From the NCBI GenBank assembly GCA_002633005.1, contig NMRA01000055.1, forward strand, positions 310,001 to 374,000: a stretch of DNA of 64,000 nucleotides, read 5' to 3'. Each line of letters opens with the position of its first letter. Within the stretch, counting starts at the first letter, position 1. The translations under genes and the position numbers were made by a program. The notes beneath the pieces were generated by a model. That model worked only from the letters and a program-made list of their open reading frames with translations, was not told the DNA's origin and did no database searches. Shown in pieces: positions 29,426 through 42,410 of the stretch. The DNA is from Phoronis australis. Its lineage: Eukaryota; Animalia; Phoronida.

Positions 29426-29582
29426 CAAGGGCGGATCCAGGATTTTGAGTTGGGGGGAGGGCAGAGTATTAGCCACGATTTTGCCCGTCAGACATTCGCA
29501 TTCGCGAACTACCAAATGGAATCTAGGATAATTTTAGGGAGGGGACCATGGCCCCCTTGCCCCCCCTCTAAATACTCCACTG
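29426..29582 (+). mobile_element. MITE family A copy 3 (TSD GCATT/GTATT)
   Basis: Same internal sequence (GATTTTGAGTTGGGG...CCGTCAGACATTCGCA...CCCCCTCTAAAT). Confidence 0.88.
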
Positions 29583-30342
29583 GTATTGTATTGTATTGTA
29601 TTGAGTACACCCATCTATATTCGTTACAGGAAACGCATGAATATCGCAATGAACTTTATGGCCGTCAAAAAGTAATGTCGGCCCATTAATGAAGTAAAAA
29701 ATTGGTCTCACATTGTTCCTCACTCAGATTAGAAATGATCTCTAGACTTGAGAACTCATAAATCTTTATTACTTCATACAGGGACCAATAATTTGCTTGA
29801 CATGGCCGGCTTGGTTTTCATTCGTCAATTAGATAGCCGTTTGGGGAATTCTCGGCGTTGCATTGTACAAATTTCAATTCAAATAAAGGAAAACATACCA
29901 AGGCGTTGGTTAAAAAGTGCACCAAACAATCTATGATAACACAGACAGTAAGTTTCAGATCTTGGATCTGGGGCCATGACTCTCCGAACTCACTCAGTGT
30001 CGAAACTTAACTAAGCACGCTCCATTATTATAGCACAAACTTGTAATTGGACTCAAAGCGTGACATTTCATTAGTCAATTGTCGAGTAGAGAGATCAGAT
30101 CCCGGGCTCTGGGGCCCACTCCCCTAATGTTTTTTGTGTGCGTTCTTGCCTAGGGTTATAACTATATTACGGAACTTTTTAAATGCGTTCCACAATGGGA
30201 TATAAGTCGACTTGTGTATAGATTTTGAAGCAATTCATCGGTTAAATAGATAAATTCGCGTAGTTAAGTAAAAATGGCGTACGTCTCAAAAAATTCTTTG
30301 CTTCATATTTTCAGAAAAGATAAAGCTAAGTCAACATATTGA

Positions 30343-32064
30343 TTATGCGCCCACAAAAAATCTGAGGTCACATATAATCAGCATCCCGTCCGTCCGTAGA
30401 TTTTCTCAAAAACCGTTTGACCAGATGATGAAATTTAGCACAGAGTGATGTGGCGGTTTTTCAATGGATTCGACTACCGTGGCACCCCCTATTGGCCCTT
30501 TTAGTTTTTGACAAATTCATTGTCCGTCAATTTTCGACGAAACTACTGTGCGAAATTTGTTGAAACTTGACGCAGAATTTCTTCGGTGGAAATGCGCCAC
30601 CACCAGTCTATCTAGAGACGGGTTTGACTGTTTCGGCAACCCCTCCAGTTGACCGTTTTAGCTTTCAACAAGAAATTCCTTGTCAATCAGTTTTTGTCAG
30701 AACGACGAATTTTGCCGAAACTTGACGCAGAGGTATGTGATGAAAATGCCCTGGTATCAGTCGATTTTCAGACGAATTCGACTACCGTGACACCCTCTGT
30801 TGACGATTTAGTTCTCGACAAGAAATCCTTGTCCTTAAATTATTGTCTTAAGAGCTTGGTTTTGATGAAACTTGACATAAGTATTTATGGCTTAGACGTG
30901 TCGACACCAGTCGACTTAAATACCGTGGCACCCCCTGTAGGCCATCTTAGTTTACGACAAGTTTTTCGTTGTTTGTCAAAACAGTTCGGCAGATTTTGAT
31001 GAAACTTGGCAGAGATGTATGGCGGGGATGCGCCGACAAGCTGATTTTTGTAGATTTGACCACACCCTCTGTAGGTCATTTTATTTTTCGGCAGGATTTT
31101 CCTTGTCCGTTGATTTTTCAGTCAAAGATATAATGATGGGTATGTGTTGGCAGCAGATGCCATGGGTTTGTGCGAATTTGTCAATTCCTGCAATTCTTGT
31201 TGGCGATTTTATTTTTTTAAGATATTGCTTGTCCGTAGAATATTATCAAAACTGCTTGACAAATTTTGATGAAACTTGACACAAGCTTTTACTGATGCTC
31301 ATCAACAATCATCAACGCTAATTACCCTTCCGTTCCTTAACTGGCCAATTCATGACAATAGTTGGAACTATTAAATGCAAAATAAAAAAGAACTGCATAT
31401 CGTGCCAAATGAAGCAGTCAGATGAATTAATTTTATAATACTATTGTACTTAAATGTTTACCAGAACATATCTTTATTAGTAATTCTCTCTTGACCAATT
31501 GGTATTACTATCATTGACTCCAACAACTTTCCTTTTTCCCTCCTCGCTTTTTCTTTTTCTTCACGCGTTTTTGTTCAGTTTCAGACTTGGCTAATTTCAA
31601 TGTATTGCCGATGTTGTTGTTTCTCTCTTTTTTGCCACGTAGCATAATTTCCATGAATTATATGTAAGCCCAGATATAATTGTCTACTTTCTGGGTTATT
31701 TGTACTATTTCATACGATTTTGTTACTTGATACAAGTATTTTTGACTGCCTGATTGATGATTGGGATGCGCCGACACCAGTTGATTAACAGACAGATCAG
31801 ATTACCGTTCCACTCCCTGTTGGACATTTTAATTTTTGGTAAAAAAAACTGCTTGTCCATTGATTATTGACAAAATGGCTCGACAGATTTTTGATAGACT
31901 TGCGAGAGAGGTGTATGTCAGGATACGCCAGCACCAGTCGTTTTCCAGCTTTAACCAAATTTTTTTAATTATATATATTACGTCACGATAGCAAACAGCC
32001 CCTAGAAGCATACCGTTTGCGGTAGAGTCGTAGGCGCATTTCAAGGATTTGCGGTGCTCTTGTT
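30343..32064 (+). mobile_element. Helentron-associated (HINE/DINE-1-like) non-autonomous element with internal ~135-155-bp tandem repeats
   Basis: Subterminal inverted repeat ATGCGCCCAC (30345) / GTAGGCGCAT (32030); (CCGT)3 at 30386; GAAACTTGRC repeated at 30563, 30717, 30867, 31001, 31271; hairpin TACCG-TTTG-CGGTA at 32011; ends GCTCTTGTT. Confidence 0.65.
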
Positions 32065-32196
32065 AATACTCAAGTCTGTAGCTTGCGAGAGGTTTTGCGT
32101 AAGTTTTTTTGCTTCAGAATTTTAGTAGAACATTATTTATCGCAAAATTCTCGGTTTACGTAAAAATGTACGCAAATTCTTAGCTACGCAATCTTG

Positions 32197-32256
32197 TAGA
32201 ACGGGTACATGGTCTTTAGAACGGGTTCATGGTCTTTAGAACGGGTCCATGGTCTT
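32197..32256. repeat. 20-bp tandem repeat x3
   Basis: TAGAACGGGTNCATGGTCTT x3. Confidence 0.9.
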
Positions 32257-35200
32257 AACTATAAAAAATATCGCAAGTTGCCCCCAATGTCTTAACTACC
32301 ATGACGTCTTATTTAGTTGCAGTCTATTTATGTTCAAATAAACCGCACAGGGGACCAGTTCATTAACCTCGTTTTCTTCAATCATGAATTCAAGACGACA
32401 TTGTACGAGGCGTATTTTTACTATTTAGTTTTACCGTGTTAGAAATAAAGCTCATGCATATAAATGGAATTTACCCAAGTACGGTTGAAAAATCTGATGT
32501 AAAAAGAGAACTGTGTCACTTAGAGAAGGCAATTTTAGTTACCTCTGTACAGTGCACAGGTGCAGAAGAGTTAGAATGCGCAAAATGTAAGTGCGCAACC
32601 TTCTCAGCAAAGGAGCTTTTAGGAATTGATATTGCAGACACAACGTTGTTTGTTTGGTTGGCAGCAATGTTTCAATGGTAATCTTATCGCGTCATCTAGC
32701 GACAAGAAGCCAAGTAGCTGAGTGTGATAACGAGAGAGCTGTCAGACGGAACCATATGCTCGAGCATTTCACAAGGGTTTTGCTGAAGTTTGGTCGTCTT
32801 TTGTTTATGCGAGGCGCCAAATAATGAAAGGATTGAAAAACGAAATTGTTCTCCATAAATCTTGTTTGTCAAACACCAACGCTTAAAATACTATTGGAGA
32901 GTACTGTTTTGTGGTCAAGTGTCAATTTTATTTTCATCTTGTGATGCGCACGCTCAACAGGGGAACAATGCGAAGTTTGCACGATAAAAAGTAGTGTTGA
33001 TGAAGTATCTTTGGGAAATTCTGGCCGCGCGGGGTCACCTGACAAATAACTTTGACAAAGTAGGTCCTACTGAAAACAGCAATGGCGTGCAATTGCACCA
33101 GAATCTTGTCAACTCAGGAAAATGCTTAAAAACTAATCGAACGAATTATTTTGCTATGCTATTCACGTCGACAGAACGCGGAAGTGGTCTAGTCCAAGTT
33201 GAGAAAGCGCTAAGTGTCTCCCTTAGTGCACCATTATAGACTCAGTGGGAGGGAATCTCGTGGAAATCAAAAACAAAATACACCGTGTTTACAAAGATGA
33301 TATCGTAAAAGGCCAACTGTGTCTCGTACAGACAAATTTCAATAAAAAATATCCGTATGGTAGCGGGCCTTACCATGACAGTATATTCTCCAACCACGGC
33401 CGCAGAGGCGGCACTTTAAGAGTGATTCTACTGTCGAAAGAAACGCGCATAATTAAAATCAAGTTAGAAAGTTACTCATATTAAAGCAATAAAAACTACG
33501 TCACACGGAATGTGGACCGTTTCACTTACGCCATGGATCCAGGTCTCATTTTCACAAGTTTTGGTTCTAATATTCATCAAAAGGTGTCACGTGTATAGGC
33601 CTACCTTTCCCTAGACACCAGGTGCCGCACATAAAGATAAAGGGCAGGTGTTACTTTGTGTAGCAAATCGTAGGCCTCTTAACTCGATTGTCCTTTTTCT
33701 ACAAATCTTTCAGTGTGGCATAATCCAAAGAATATTTACGATTGCTATCATCGATGAAATCACAATACAAATGACGACCATGTGTGCATCTTTAATAAAC
33801 ATTTTTAATGTATTTGCACGTGGCTCATTATATTTAATGTTGTATCTCAACTCCAATGGTTCATTAATGGTATTGCTATCAGACTCCGCTCGAGGGTGCC
33901 CGACTTGATATTTTGCGTGTACATATGCTACTGGTTGTTTTTCAAAAACTGGTAGTGTTAACGAGGTTTTGAAAACCAACCACCATTCTAATATTACAGT
34001 ACCACCTCGCGTAGTCAAGCAGGTTTAAGTGACTCATAAATATAACATGGTCGAAGTTTTCGACCAGAAATGAGGGTGTCACATGGTTTTTTAGTGTGTA
34101 TTGTGATTACTAGGGCTTTTGCCAGGCCCTCAAATCATGGCTTCTCATCTAAACAATCAATGATCTCTGCACTCACCTGAAGATGCTTTACAGTCAATGA
34201 AACGAAAGCTCCTGGTTTTCACTCGTTTTTAGTTATTGTCGTTATCTTTACATTCTTAACATCACTGGTCAAAGATTGTTACCATGTAATGTGTTGTGTT
34301 TGTAAGAGAGTCCATAACATCCGGCCCTTGGCAATAAAGTACCCCGTGCCAACTCCTCGAAACATACAAGTAGGCCGAAACGCTAATAACAAGACATTGC
34401 ATTCTTACATTCTTAAAACCTACGGTTTCAATTTTACCCTGTACAAAGCAAAATGTTTCTCAATTTAGAAATTAAGTTAGATAACGTCTACCCTTACGTT
34501 TGTTCCCTTTCTACTCTTTTAAGTTTTTTGAATTGCCCAATTTCACAAAACGATATTTAGGTTAAAACCAACTAGCCGTGTGATAAGATATCACTCCCTC
34601 AAAATTACTGGTAGACTGGTACTAGATAGAGTAGATAATTAACATATCGATGAACATACATTACGTGGAAATTAAAACAATAATTACAACCAACAGTCCG
34701 GTTTAGGTAGTGTGGCTATTACCATGGGACGTCTTGTTTCACACAATGAAGATTGACGAAAGTTGATTTGTTGTGCAACAATTACAAAAAACCTAGTAAA
34801 TAAGGCAAGCTAACGGTTCTTGCATTCTATGATTATAGTGTGGCGGGATTGAAAATCACAAGTGTTACTGACTTTGGTAAAAATTTTCATTCTTATTTCA
34901 TCTCATTTTGAAGTTGGGGAATTTTGACCCGCCCCTCAATTTAACTTCAAGAGGCTCGAGGCAAATATGAACATAAATTAAGTAATCATTTAGTACAGAG
35001 TTCGTGTGCTCAACGTCATATAACAAAAAGCAGCCAGGACATTATAGCACAGTCCGGTCATTAGACGGGATCAGAACGTTGGCACAGTTTTGGATACATG
35101 TTAATACTCTGGGGTTTTCAATCCTCCTGTGTCCAAAAAACGATGGTAGCCTACTGCTCAATCGAGTTGAAGCTTGAATTGGTATGGACAGGGTGCGCCA

Positions 35201-36069
35201 ATGTATGTTGAGGTTAAGTGGTGACTCGCTAGGCATTCACTTTGATCCCATCTGGTTTACTGAATTACTTGTATGTTTTGGCCTGGCAAGTATTCGAGTA
35301 CAGTGGTTATCATATGTATGGTAATTTAGGCAAACATGCATTGAGGTAGGTTGAAATATGAGCACACCAATTGCAAAAATATGAAATGTTTTTTGTGTAA
35401 CGGTGAGAGAAAATGGCTTTAAAATAAAACACTAGATCAAAAACACAGAAAAAATGGACAGTTCACAGTGGTTTAACTGTTTCAGAAAGACAGGTTTAGT
35501 TTCAACTATAAATGGCGCATTTCATCCAGTTACACTGAAATCATAAAATAAGTTTTCAACAATTACCGCTACTCGAGTTTTCCTTGCAGTGATAATATAT
35601 TTCTACCATCAAAAAGAATTGAAGGATCACCTACCATTGACTGGGAATAACACACAATTTTGGGCGGGTTGGCCACCACCGCCAACTGATGTTTGTTTAC
35701 ATTCTTTTTACTTGTTGACACCCTGAATGGCAAGTTAGGGTGTCGAAATAAATTTTAACCACGTCACGTTTTGGAAATGTTTGAGACAACTTTTGTGTGT
35801 TTGAGTAACCTGTTTCTGTTTGCACGTTATGTAATGTCAACAATCCTCTTTAATGCTGCATATCGCCCCCTATCGGTGCCTGACAAACAAAACTCGAATT
35901 AGGCCTTTTACTCTCATAAAATTAGTCCATTTTCGTTATCAATCCAAGTCGCAGGCAATGAGTACATGCGCCATTTTCGAATTCGCAATACCAAGAATAG
36001 CCAACTGCAATAAACTCTGAAGCGTTATCTTGAATCGCTGATAGTTTCATTTTTGTTGGTAACGGAAAC

Positions 36070-36214
36070 CAGGGGCGGATCCAGGATTTTGAGTTGGGGG
36101 GGGGGGTAGGGCAGAGTATTAGCCAGGATTTTACCCGTCAGACATTCGCACCCCCGAACTGCCAAAATTTTAGGGGGGCCATAGCCCTCTTGGCCCCCTC
36201 TAAATCCGCCAGTG
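36070..36214 (+). mobile_element. MITE family A copy 4 (TSD GAAAC)
   Basis: CAGGGGCGGATCCAGG...TAAATCCGCCAGTG; GAAAC at 36065-36069 and 36215-36219. Confidence 0.9.
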
Positions 36215-36511
36215 GAAACAGTATTTTTACGATAACGACTATTACAAGACCAATTTTATGACAGTAAAAGGTCCATTTCGCTCCTTGTTTTTAGCCAGCT
36301 AAACACAACGAAACACAGTTTAAAGTTTCAAATACTGATCAGATTTCTAAAACTACAAAGATGCACTGCTAAAAGCAGCCATTTTTATTATTTTTTCTTA
36401 AACATTTTTTGTGGTATCCGCTGAATGATCGGGATGACCGTTATCCCACAATCCTTTGGTAAATCTCGTCCTTCGCAAAACCGTAAAAGTCAGTAGTCAA
36501 ACGGCCAAGAA

Positions 36512-36700
36512 CCGCACCGTTATAGCAGTGGTTATATTTTGACCATCTGTCTGGGGGTGCGAATCCGGTCTATAAGCCCAGGGAAATCGCTACAAGATGT
36601 AGGGATGGACGTACAAGGTTCCACAGCTCTATAAACGAGCTCAGAAGTATTTTAGGTCAGGCATGGGGGCTGTGGGCACAAAACTGCTCGCCGGGACTAA
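36512..36700 (+). mobile_element. Degenerate tRNA-derived SINE-like sequence
   Basis: A-box-like TAGCAGTGG (36523) and B-box-like GGTGCGAATCC (36556) at Pol III spacing; no cloverleaf. Confidence 0.35.
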
Positions 36701-37659
36701 TAACCTTACCTTCTTTGAATACTAAGTGCATTCAGTGCCATTGTATTCAGCGAGAACCCGGATCTTTCATTCAAATTCATGAAAACCGGATCCAGGTTGA
36801 GTCCGAGGGCACGCCGAGTCCTTACACAGTAGTTCCTTTTAATCAGCATGGCATAGCCAGAAGTAATCAACAGGGGGTAAAAAAATGCGAATTTCTGGCA
36901 ACTCTGGGGAGGCAGAAATAAGTGGCAATGTACTGCTAATTTGCAACGAACAAGGGGCACAGAGGCAAAATTGAAATGAGATTCTTATGGTGAACACTGA
37001 GGCAATGATGCTCTTGTGCCTCTACCCATGCTAGCCGTGAAACCGCTACATTCCGGCGAACACGGTTTGACGACGGATTTCGTCCGCGGTTCTATTAGGG
37101 ACAAGGTGCTTGTGCAGGCTATGGGTTCAGTTGAGTTCAGTTTGGGGTATTTGGAGCAAGTAGCCTCATCACTAGGTATATATGCATGTTTACAAACTAA
37201 AAAGAACGGTCTACATTAATAGACACGAACTTCTATTTAATCAATTACGCACAGTGTCAACAAGTTTTCGTTTCTGCTGTTGATATGACCAACTCCCTTT
37301 TGGTCTATAACTAGTTTTAATGCAACTTAAACTGTGAAAATGTAAAAATAAATGTTTGTCAACACAGCCTCGTTATGAGTCCTACTACAATTCCGAGCTA
37401 CTTTCACTTCAAGACTAAAAATGGTGACTTTACCTCAAATCCACGGGACTACGTTTCATTTTTGACTGTCAATACTTCTGCATATAGTTGATAACTGCAC
37501 AGAACTTTCTTTGTCCCACGTATGAAGTTTTCTGCTTCAAACATTTCAAGCAACCAGATTTTCTTCTTTTAATGGGGATGTCACATAATAAGGAAAATAC
37601 TTTTCAGGTTTATCAACCTATTTATCACTCAAAAACTTACCGCTGTTGTCGCTAAAATC

Positions 37660-37815
37660 TGTGTTCTGGTGTCAAGAATAACTTTTCACACAGGCGTATT
37701 ATTTACTCTTCCAAGGCAAACGCATCTAGTTTTTATCCTATGTTGCTGTTGAAATAACTTACAACAAAACACCTAGAATTTCAGTGTCGGCTGAAACTAA
37801 CCCACCGTGACAAGT
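37660..37815 (+). repeat. Old dispersed repeat (pair with 23020-23180)
   Basis: Same ordered blocks as 23020-23180. Confidence 0.55.
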
Positions 37816-39839
37816 AGGCTACCTAGATGAGCTTGGTCTAAACCAATAACATATAGTCTCAAACTTAAAATCATTTCTTATCTGACAAAGTAACAAGATG
37901 AGACCTGTTTTTCAACTGTTTACTGTATTTTTAAACGTTTTGATAAAAATTCAATTGGTAGACCTAATTAACCTGCATACAAAATCTCAGGTTAGAGGAA
38001 AATTGTGAAAAACACATGCCAAACTATTTCTGCTTTTACATTGTTGCGAAATTGCCCGTTTTCTCGACTGAAGTTCCAACAATTGCTCAGTTTTTCAATA
38101 ACTGCACGAAGATCTCATGAAAAATACTAAAAATATACTAATAATTAGTAACTGGGCAACATTATTGTATATTCCGAGACCTTGACAATTAGCCAGGATA
38201 TCTGACAATGCACATGTATATCTAACATAGAAGCGCATACCGGGCTGTAGTCATAAAGCACCGGGATCTAACACATTCTGATCAACTTCTTCATAAGAGG
38301 TGGCAAAACGACAGATGGCGGCTTGGCACATTGGGCTAATATTCGTGTGACACGACCTGTGAAAACGTATTGTTTACAAACTAGTCGACTTTATGTGATA
38401 ATTGGTCCATTATGTCCCTGTGTGGTCGCACGTTAGAACCAACAGCCTTTCCATGAGTCAGGATAACGGGTCAAGATTTTTACATAAATAACTTTTCCTA
38501 AAAGTTCCAATTGTATTGAGCGCTACGTTGGTAGATGATGAAATCAGAATGAAGGGGGCTTTTAAGCCAAATGCAAAAGTTATGACCACAGCATAACCGC
38601 GGGAAACAATAAGTGTTAATTAAATTGCTTTTTTTCACAACATTGTTGTGACCGTCGCAGAATTAGATGAAAGCATCCAACAATTACTGTTCGACACAGG
38701 TTACTCAAACTACAACACTTCATATACTATACGTTTAAAATCAAATTGTAAGAGAGGCTTTTCGTAACATGGCAGTTTGAAGTGCTCTAAAGTAAAATTT
38801 TAGTGTAGCTCAATGTTATGTTTTAGTACCGGTAGCATAACATAGGCTTATGGTAGTATATCCCGACTGTGTGTCGCTCGAAGTGAGTCCAAATTTTGAA
38901 ATTTTACAGTATACGGGTAACTATACAATTCATACGATGCGTTTCTAACGCAGTGTGCACACTTCTTGCCAAAAGTGTTCTTGAGGAAATTTTCAGGCGC
39001 GATGTCAATTTAACGCGTTAAAGAATGCATAATTACATTCCAGTGGATGTTTTTGCGATTTGGTTTTAACCGAAGAGCCAAGTGAAGACGTTCTAGCGCA
39101 CCAACTGACTTTTATTGCAGACGATACGGCCGTATCTAAATGGGTTAGCATTAGATATATTACAGGCAGACCTATAAGGAACGTCAAGAGACAAAAGTTT
39201 ATCTCCCCTACACTGTGTTTGTGTGCTCACCATGAAACCGATAGGGCTAACCCGGCAGACGAAAAAGTATCTCCGTGCTGTGATAAAAAACTATAGTTCA
39301 GTCAACGACGCCTTTTGGCAAAAATTGACATTTTGGACGAGTTAGTAGTTGCATCGAGAACTGTTTTTGTTTCAGGTCCAACGGTCCACGTCATCAGCAA
39401 GTCGGAAAATACAACTTCGAAATGTTTCCAAATCATTGATGGTGAAATGAAACTGTTGCCTATAGGTTACATTCACCCATCCGCACATCCATTTGTTCAA
39501 GTCTTTGATAACTTATATGTAGTCATCATAAATAGTTACGTTGGCTTTCCAACTCGAAATGATCTCGTTACCAAGACGCTACTGATCTCATCAAATAGCC
39601 CATATGGCCCCGAGTTTCATTTGCCAAAAGTGAACAATGGAGGTTTCGCGGCGCTTTTAACATCAAAGCGAGGATAGTAAAGTGACAATGAAATTGAAGA
39701 AGAGACGCTTACCTCTATGAACGAATTACATCCTCAATCTGTTCAACCCACTTTGATGTTTCCGCCGATTTCGAAGAATCATAATTACAAATAAACAAAA
39801 AGGCGGAGAAGTAAACAATTTACCGGTGTCTATCAAACT

Positions 39840-42250
39840 GAAAAGTCACCTGCCCGCTATGGTCGCCAATGGCGGCGCTCTTTCATTTCATTGTGTCAAT
39901 GTTTGATTGACAACAGCGAACAAAAGAAGGGCACGCGAATTCACTTATTCCTCACAGTTGTTGTCAGTAGCAGTGATGTCAATCTCTACACGGAAATATT
40001 CACCTGTTTTATGGACTTACAAGGCCCATCAATTATCTAAACTTCAAAGCGGACCGCGTTTCTGAAGGACCCACAACAAAATCTGTGCTCAAGAAGGGAC
40101 GCTAGGATGTTGAACGCGATATGTAATTAGCATGAATAAAATTAATCATTGTAGGCTTCTGGCACAAAGGACGCTGGCTTTGATTTTCAAAAGGGTTTAA
40201 AGTATAGGGCAAACATTACGGAAATGTCTAATTATATCCAACAGAAGGCAGTGAACAAACAGAAAACCGAGCAGATGGGTTCATCCACGAACTCCCGCAA
40301 TACCCAAAGTCACAATTTAGCATTTACCAATTATGGATGACTTAAAACTTTACCATTTAAAGATGAGTTCAAAACGTGGACACTTGCAACAAATAACTGA
40401 GACAATATTTTAACATTTTATTAGAATATTTTTTTAATTTTAATAACGTGATGTCTTGGAAGATGTCACTTTTAATCTTCAGCAACAAAAGGTATTGTAT
40501 TGAGTCGAGCACAAAGCATAAATATCTGGGCCCAGGAAAAATGTGGTTATTTTGCAATATAATCGGTCAACTGTTTTCTAAAGGACGTAGAATTCGAGAT
40601 TGATAGCTATTTTGCATTAAGCGGCATTTAGTCGTCATGGAAGTGAAATAATATATGCTATATTATCACTCTCGTGTGTAGTTAGTCATTGCTATAGACG
40701 CCATCTTTGATGTAGCCGCATAAGCTAGCTGTGTTTCAGGTATTATTTGTTTACTGACTACTAATTGCATGCGCGTGTCATACAATACACAGGTAGAAAA
40801 AATCAGTGCTTGGACAAAGGACATAGATCTCTGTAAACTACCGGCTCACGACAGACGGTGAGGAGACGAGTCACTACTGTCGGTACGCCTCATTGACCAA
40901 TGAGGTTAGAGCAGTAAAGATAATCGCTTGGCGCGAAATGAGTCTCGGGTCGGACAACCATCTGCGCACAAATCACATGTGTTCACCTGTCCCGAAATCT
41001 CGACATTGTGCCTGAGAGCACCTATTGTCCTCTTACATTTGTCCCGTCATAGTAGCAATAGCGCAGGCTAACTGACCAATACAGAGGCGGTACTAGAGAG
41101 GCATTGTCCCACGCGATGCGTGTGCTGCCTTTCCAAGACCTTTTCAATGATTACGAAAAGCAAGAAAGGATAATCTTCAGTGCCCCTCGTCGACGGTCGT
41201 ACAGTCCTATTGGATTAGTTCACGAAGCAGCTGGCACGCGCCTCGACAGTTGGTGACAATGTTAACACTCCGTTGTACCCCAATTTAATCCCTCCCTTCA
41301 GAGTATCAACTGTGAAGGCACGCGACGGTGTCAAGATTGTGCACTATTGGTTTGTTCAATTGAACAAACATCCCATCGTTGCTGTTATACACCGGAAATA
41401 GCAAGAGAACCTTTGTAGATATACACGTTAAACATGGGCTGTGCTAAATTAAAAAAAAAACGTAAAGACGTAGAATGCCTGCTCCATAGGACGCAGAAGT
41501 TAGTGTTTCGTTGACAAATAACTACTAAAAAGTCTAACATACTAAGAAAACTGTTGAACAGCAGTTAATAAAGAAAATGATATTGTGACATACAACCACC
41601 AAATCAAGATTGTTGACCAATCTTTTTGTAGCAACTCGATATTTTACGACAGAAACTTTCGTAACAGTGTTCGGTTAATTCATATAGGTGAAATTTTATC
41701 AATTGTGGGTCCTTAATTTTCTAGGCATCTGGGCGGGAAGTGAACAGGTGTTTAGTCGGTTAATCTGAAGACCTGTGTAACCGCGAGTGGTGCCGAGTTT
41801 TTATCTGTTATTTACAGGCTGTGTGCTGGGGAATGAGCAAACATGCGCTCTCTGCCCTAAGTAAACAAGACGTCCAGTTATCTCTACACAAATACTTGGG
41901 CTTACTACAAGCCACAACATAACGCTCGACTGGCACGCGCCTAAACTCCATATAAGGGAACTCATTTAAATATGTTTGCACACAGCACAATACCGACAGG
42001 TGTGCACTAACCCAAGCAGCTGTAAACACAATAGAATCATAGGTCCGGAGACAACAGTGTAAACGTCAAATTTATAGTCTAAAAATGCGGCAAAACCACC
42101 TTAAATACTTCCGCATTAATTCCCATTTTGTCAACTAATAATTTTAAATCCAAGAAATCTGAATTCTACTCCTCTTGTAGACGAAATAAAATCTTAATGT
42201 AAACACTACGCGCTTACGAGGTGGACTTAAAATTTGATTGACAGATGTAC
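39840..42250. promoter_or_regulatory. Upstream cis-regulatory region with HES class-C sites, proneural E-boxes, Sox and CCAAT motifs
   Basis: GGCACGCG at 39930 and 41317, TGGCACGCGCC at 41232 and 41931; CAGSTG/CAGATG boxes at 39847, 40272, 40959, 40984, 41228, 41745, 41997, 42017, 42242. Confidence 0.6.
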
Positions 42251-42374
42251 TAACACGCTGGATGGTTCTTACGGGACACCATGTGCTCGACTTGAGCGCT
42301 TTGTTCAATTGTTTGCCTTGGACTCATCAAAGGCCCTCATTATGCCTCCAATTAATCCGTACCTGTTTAGGGAG

Positions 42375-42410
42375 TATAAATGGTGCGAGATCTCAGCAGC
42401 ACGACATTTG
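42375..42410 (+). promoter_or_regulatory. Putative Delta core promoter (TATA box + Inr-like site)
   Basis: TATAAAT at 42375-42381, CATTT with A at 42406 (31 nt downstream), ~430 nt before the ATG. Confidence 0.55.

Noticed and set aside
36512-36600. tRNA gene
   Set aside because: A/B-box-like motifs only, no cloverleaf; kept as a low-confidence SINE
39315-39677. 120-aa ORF upstream of Delta
   Set aside because: Non-ATG start and no recognisable motif or transposase signature
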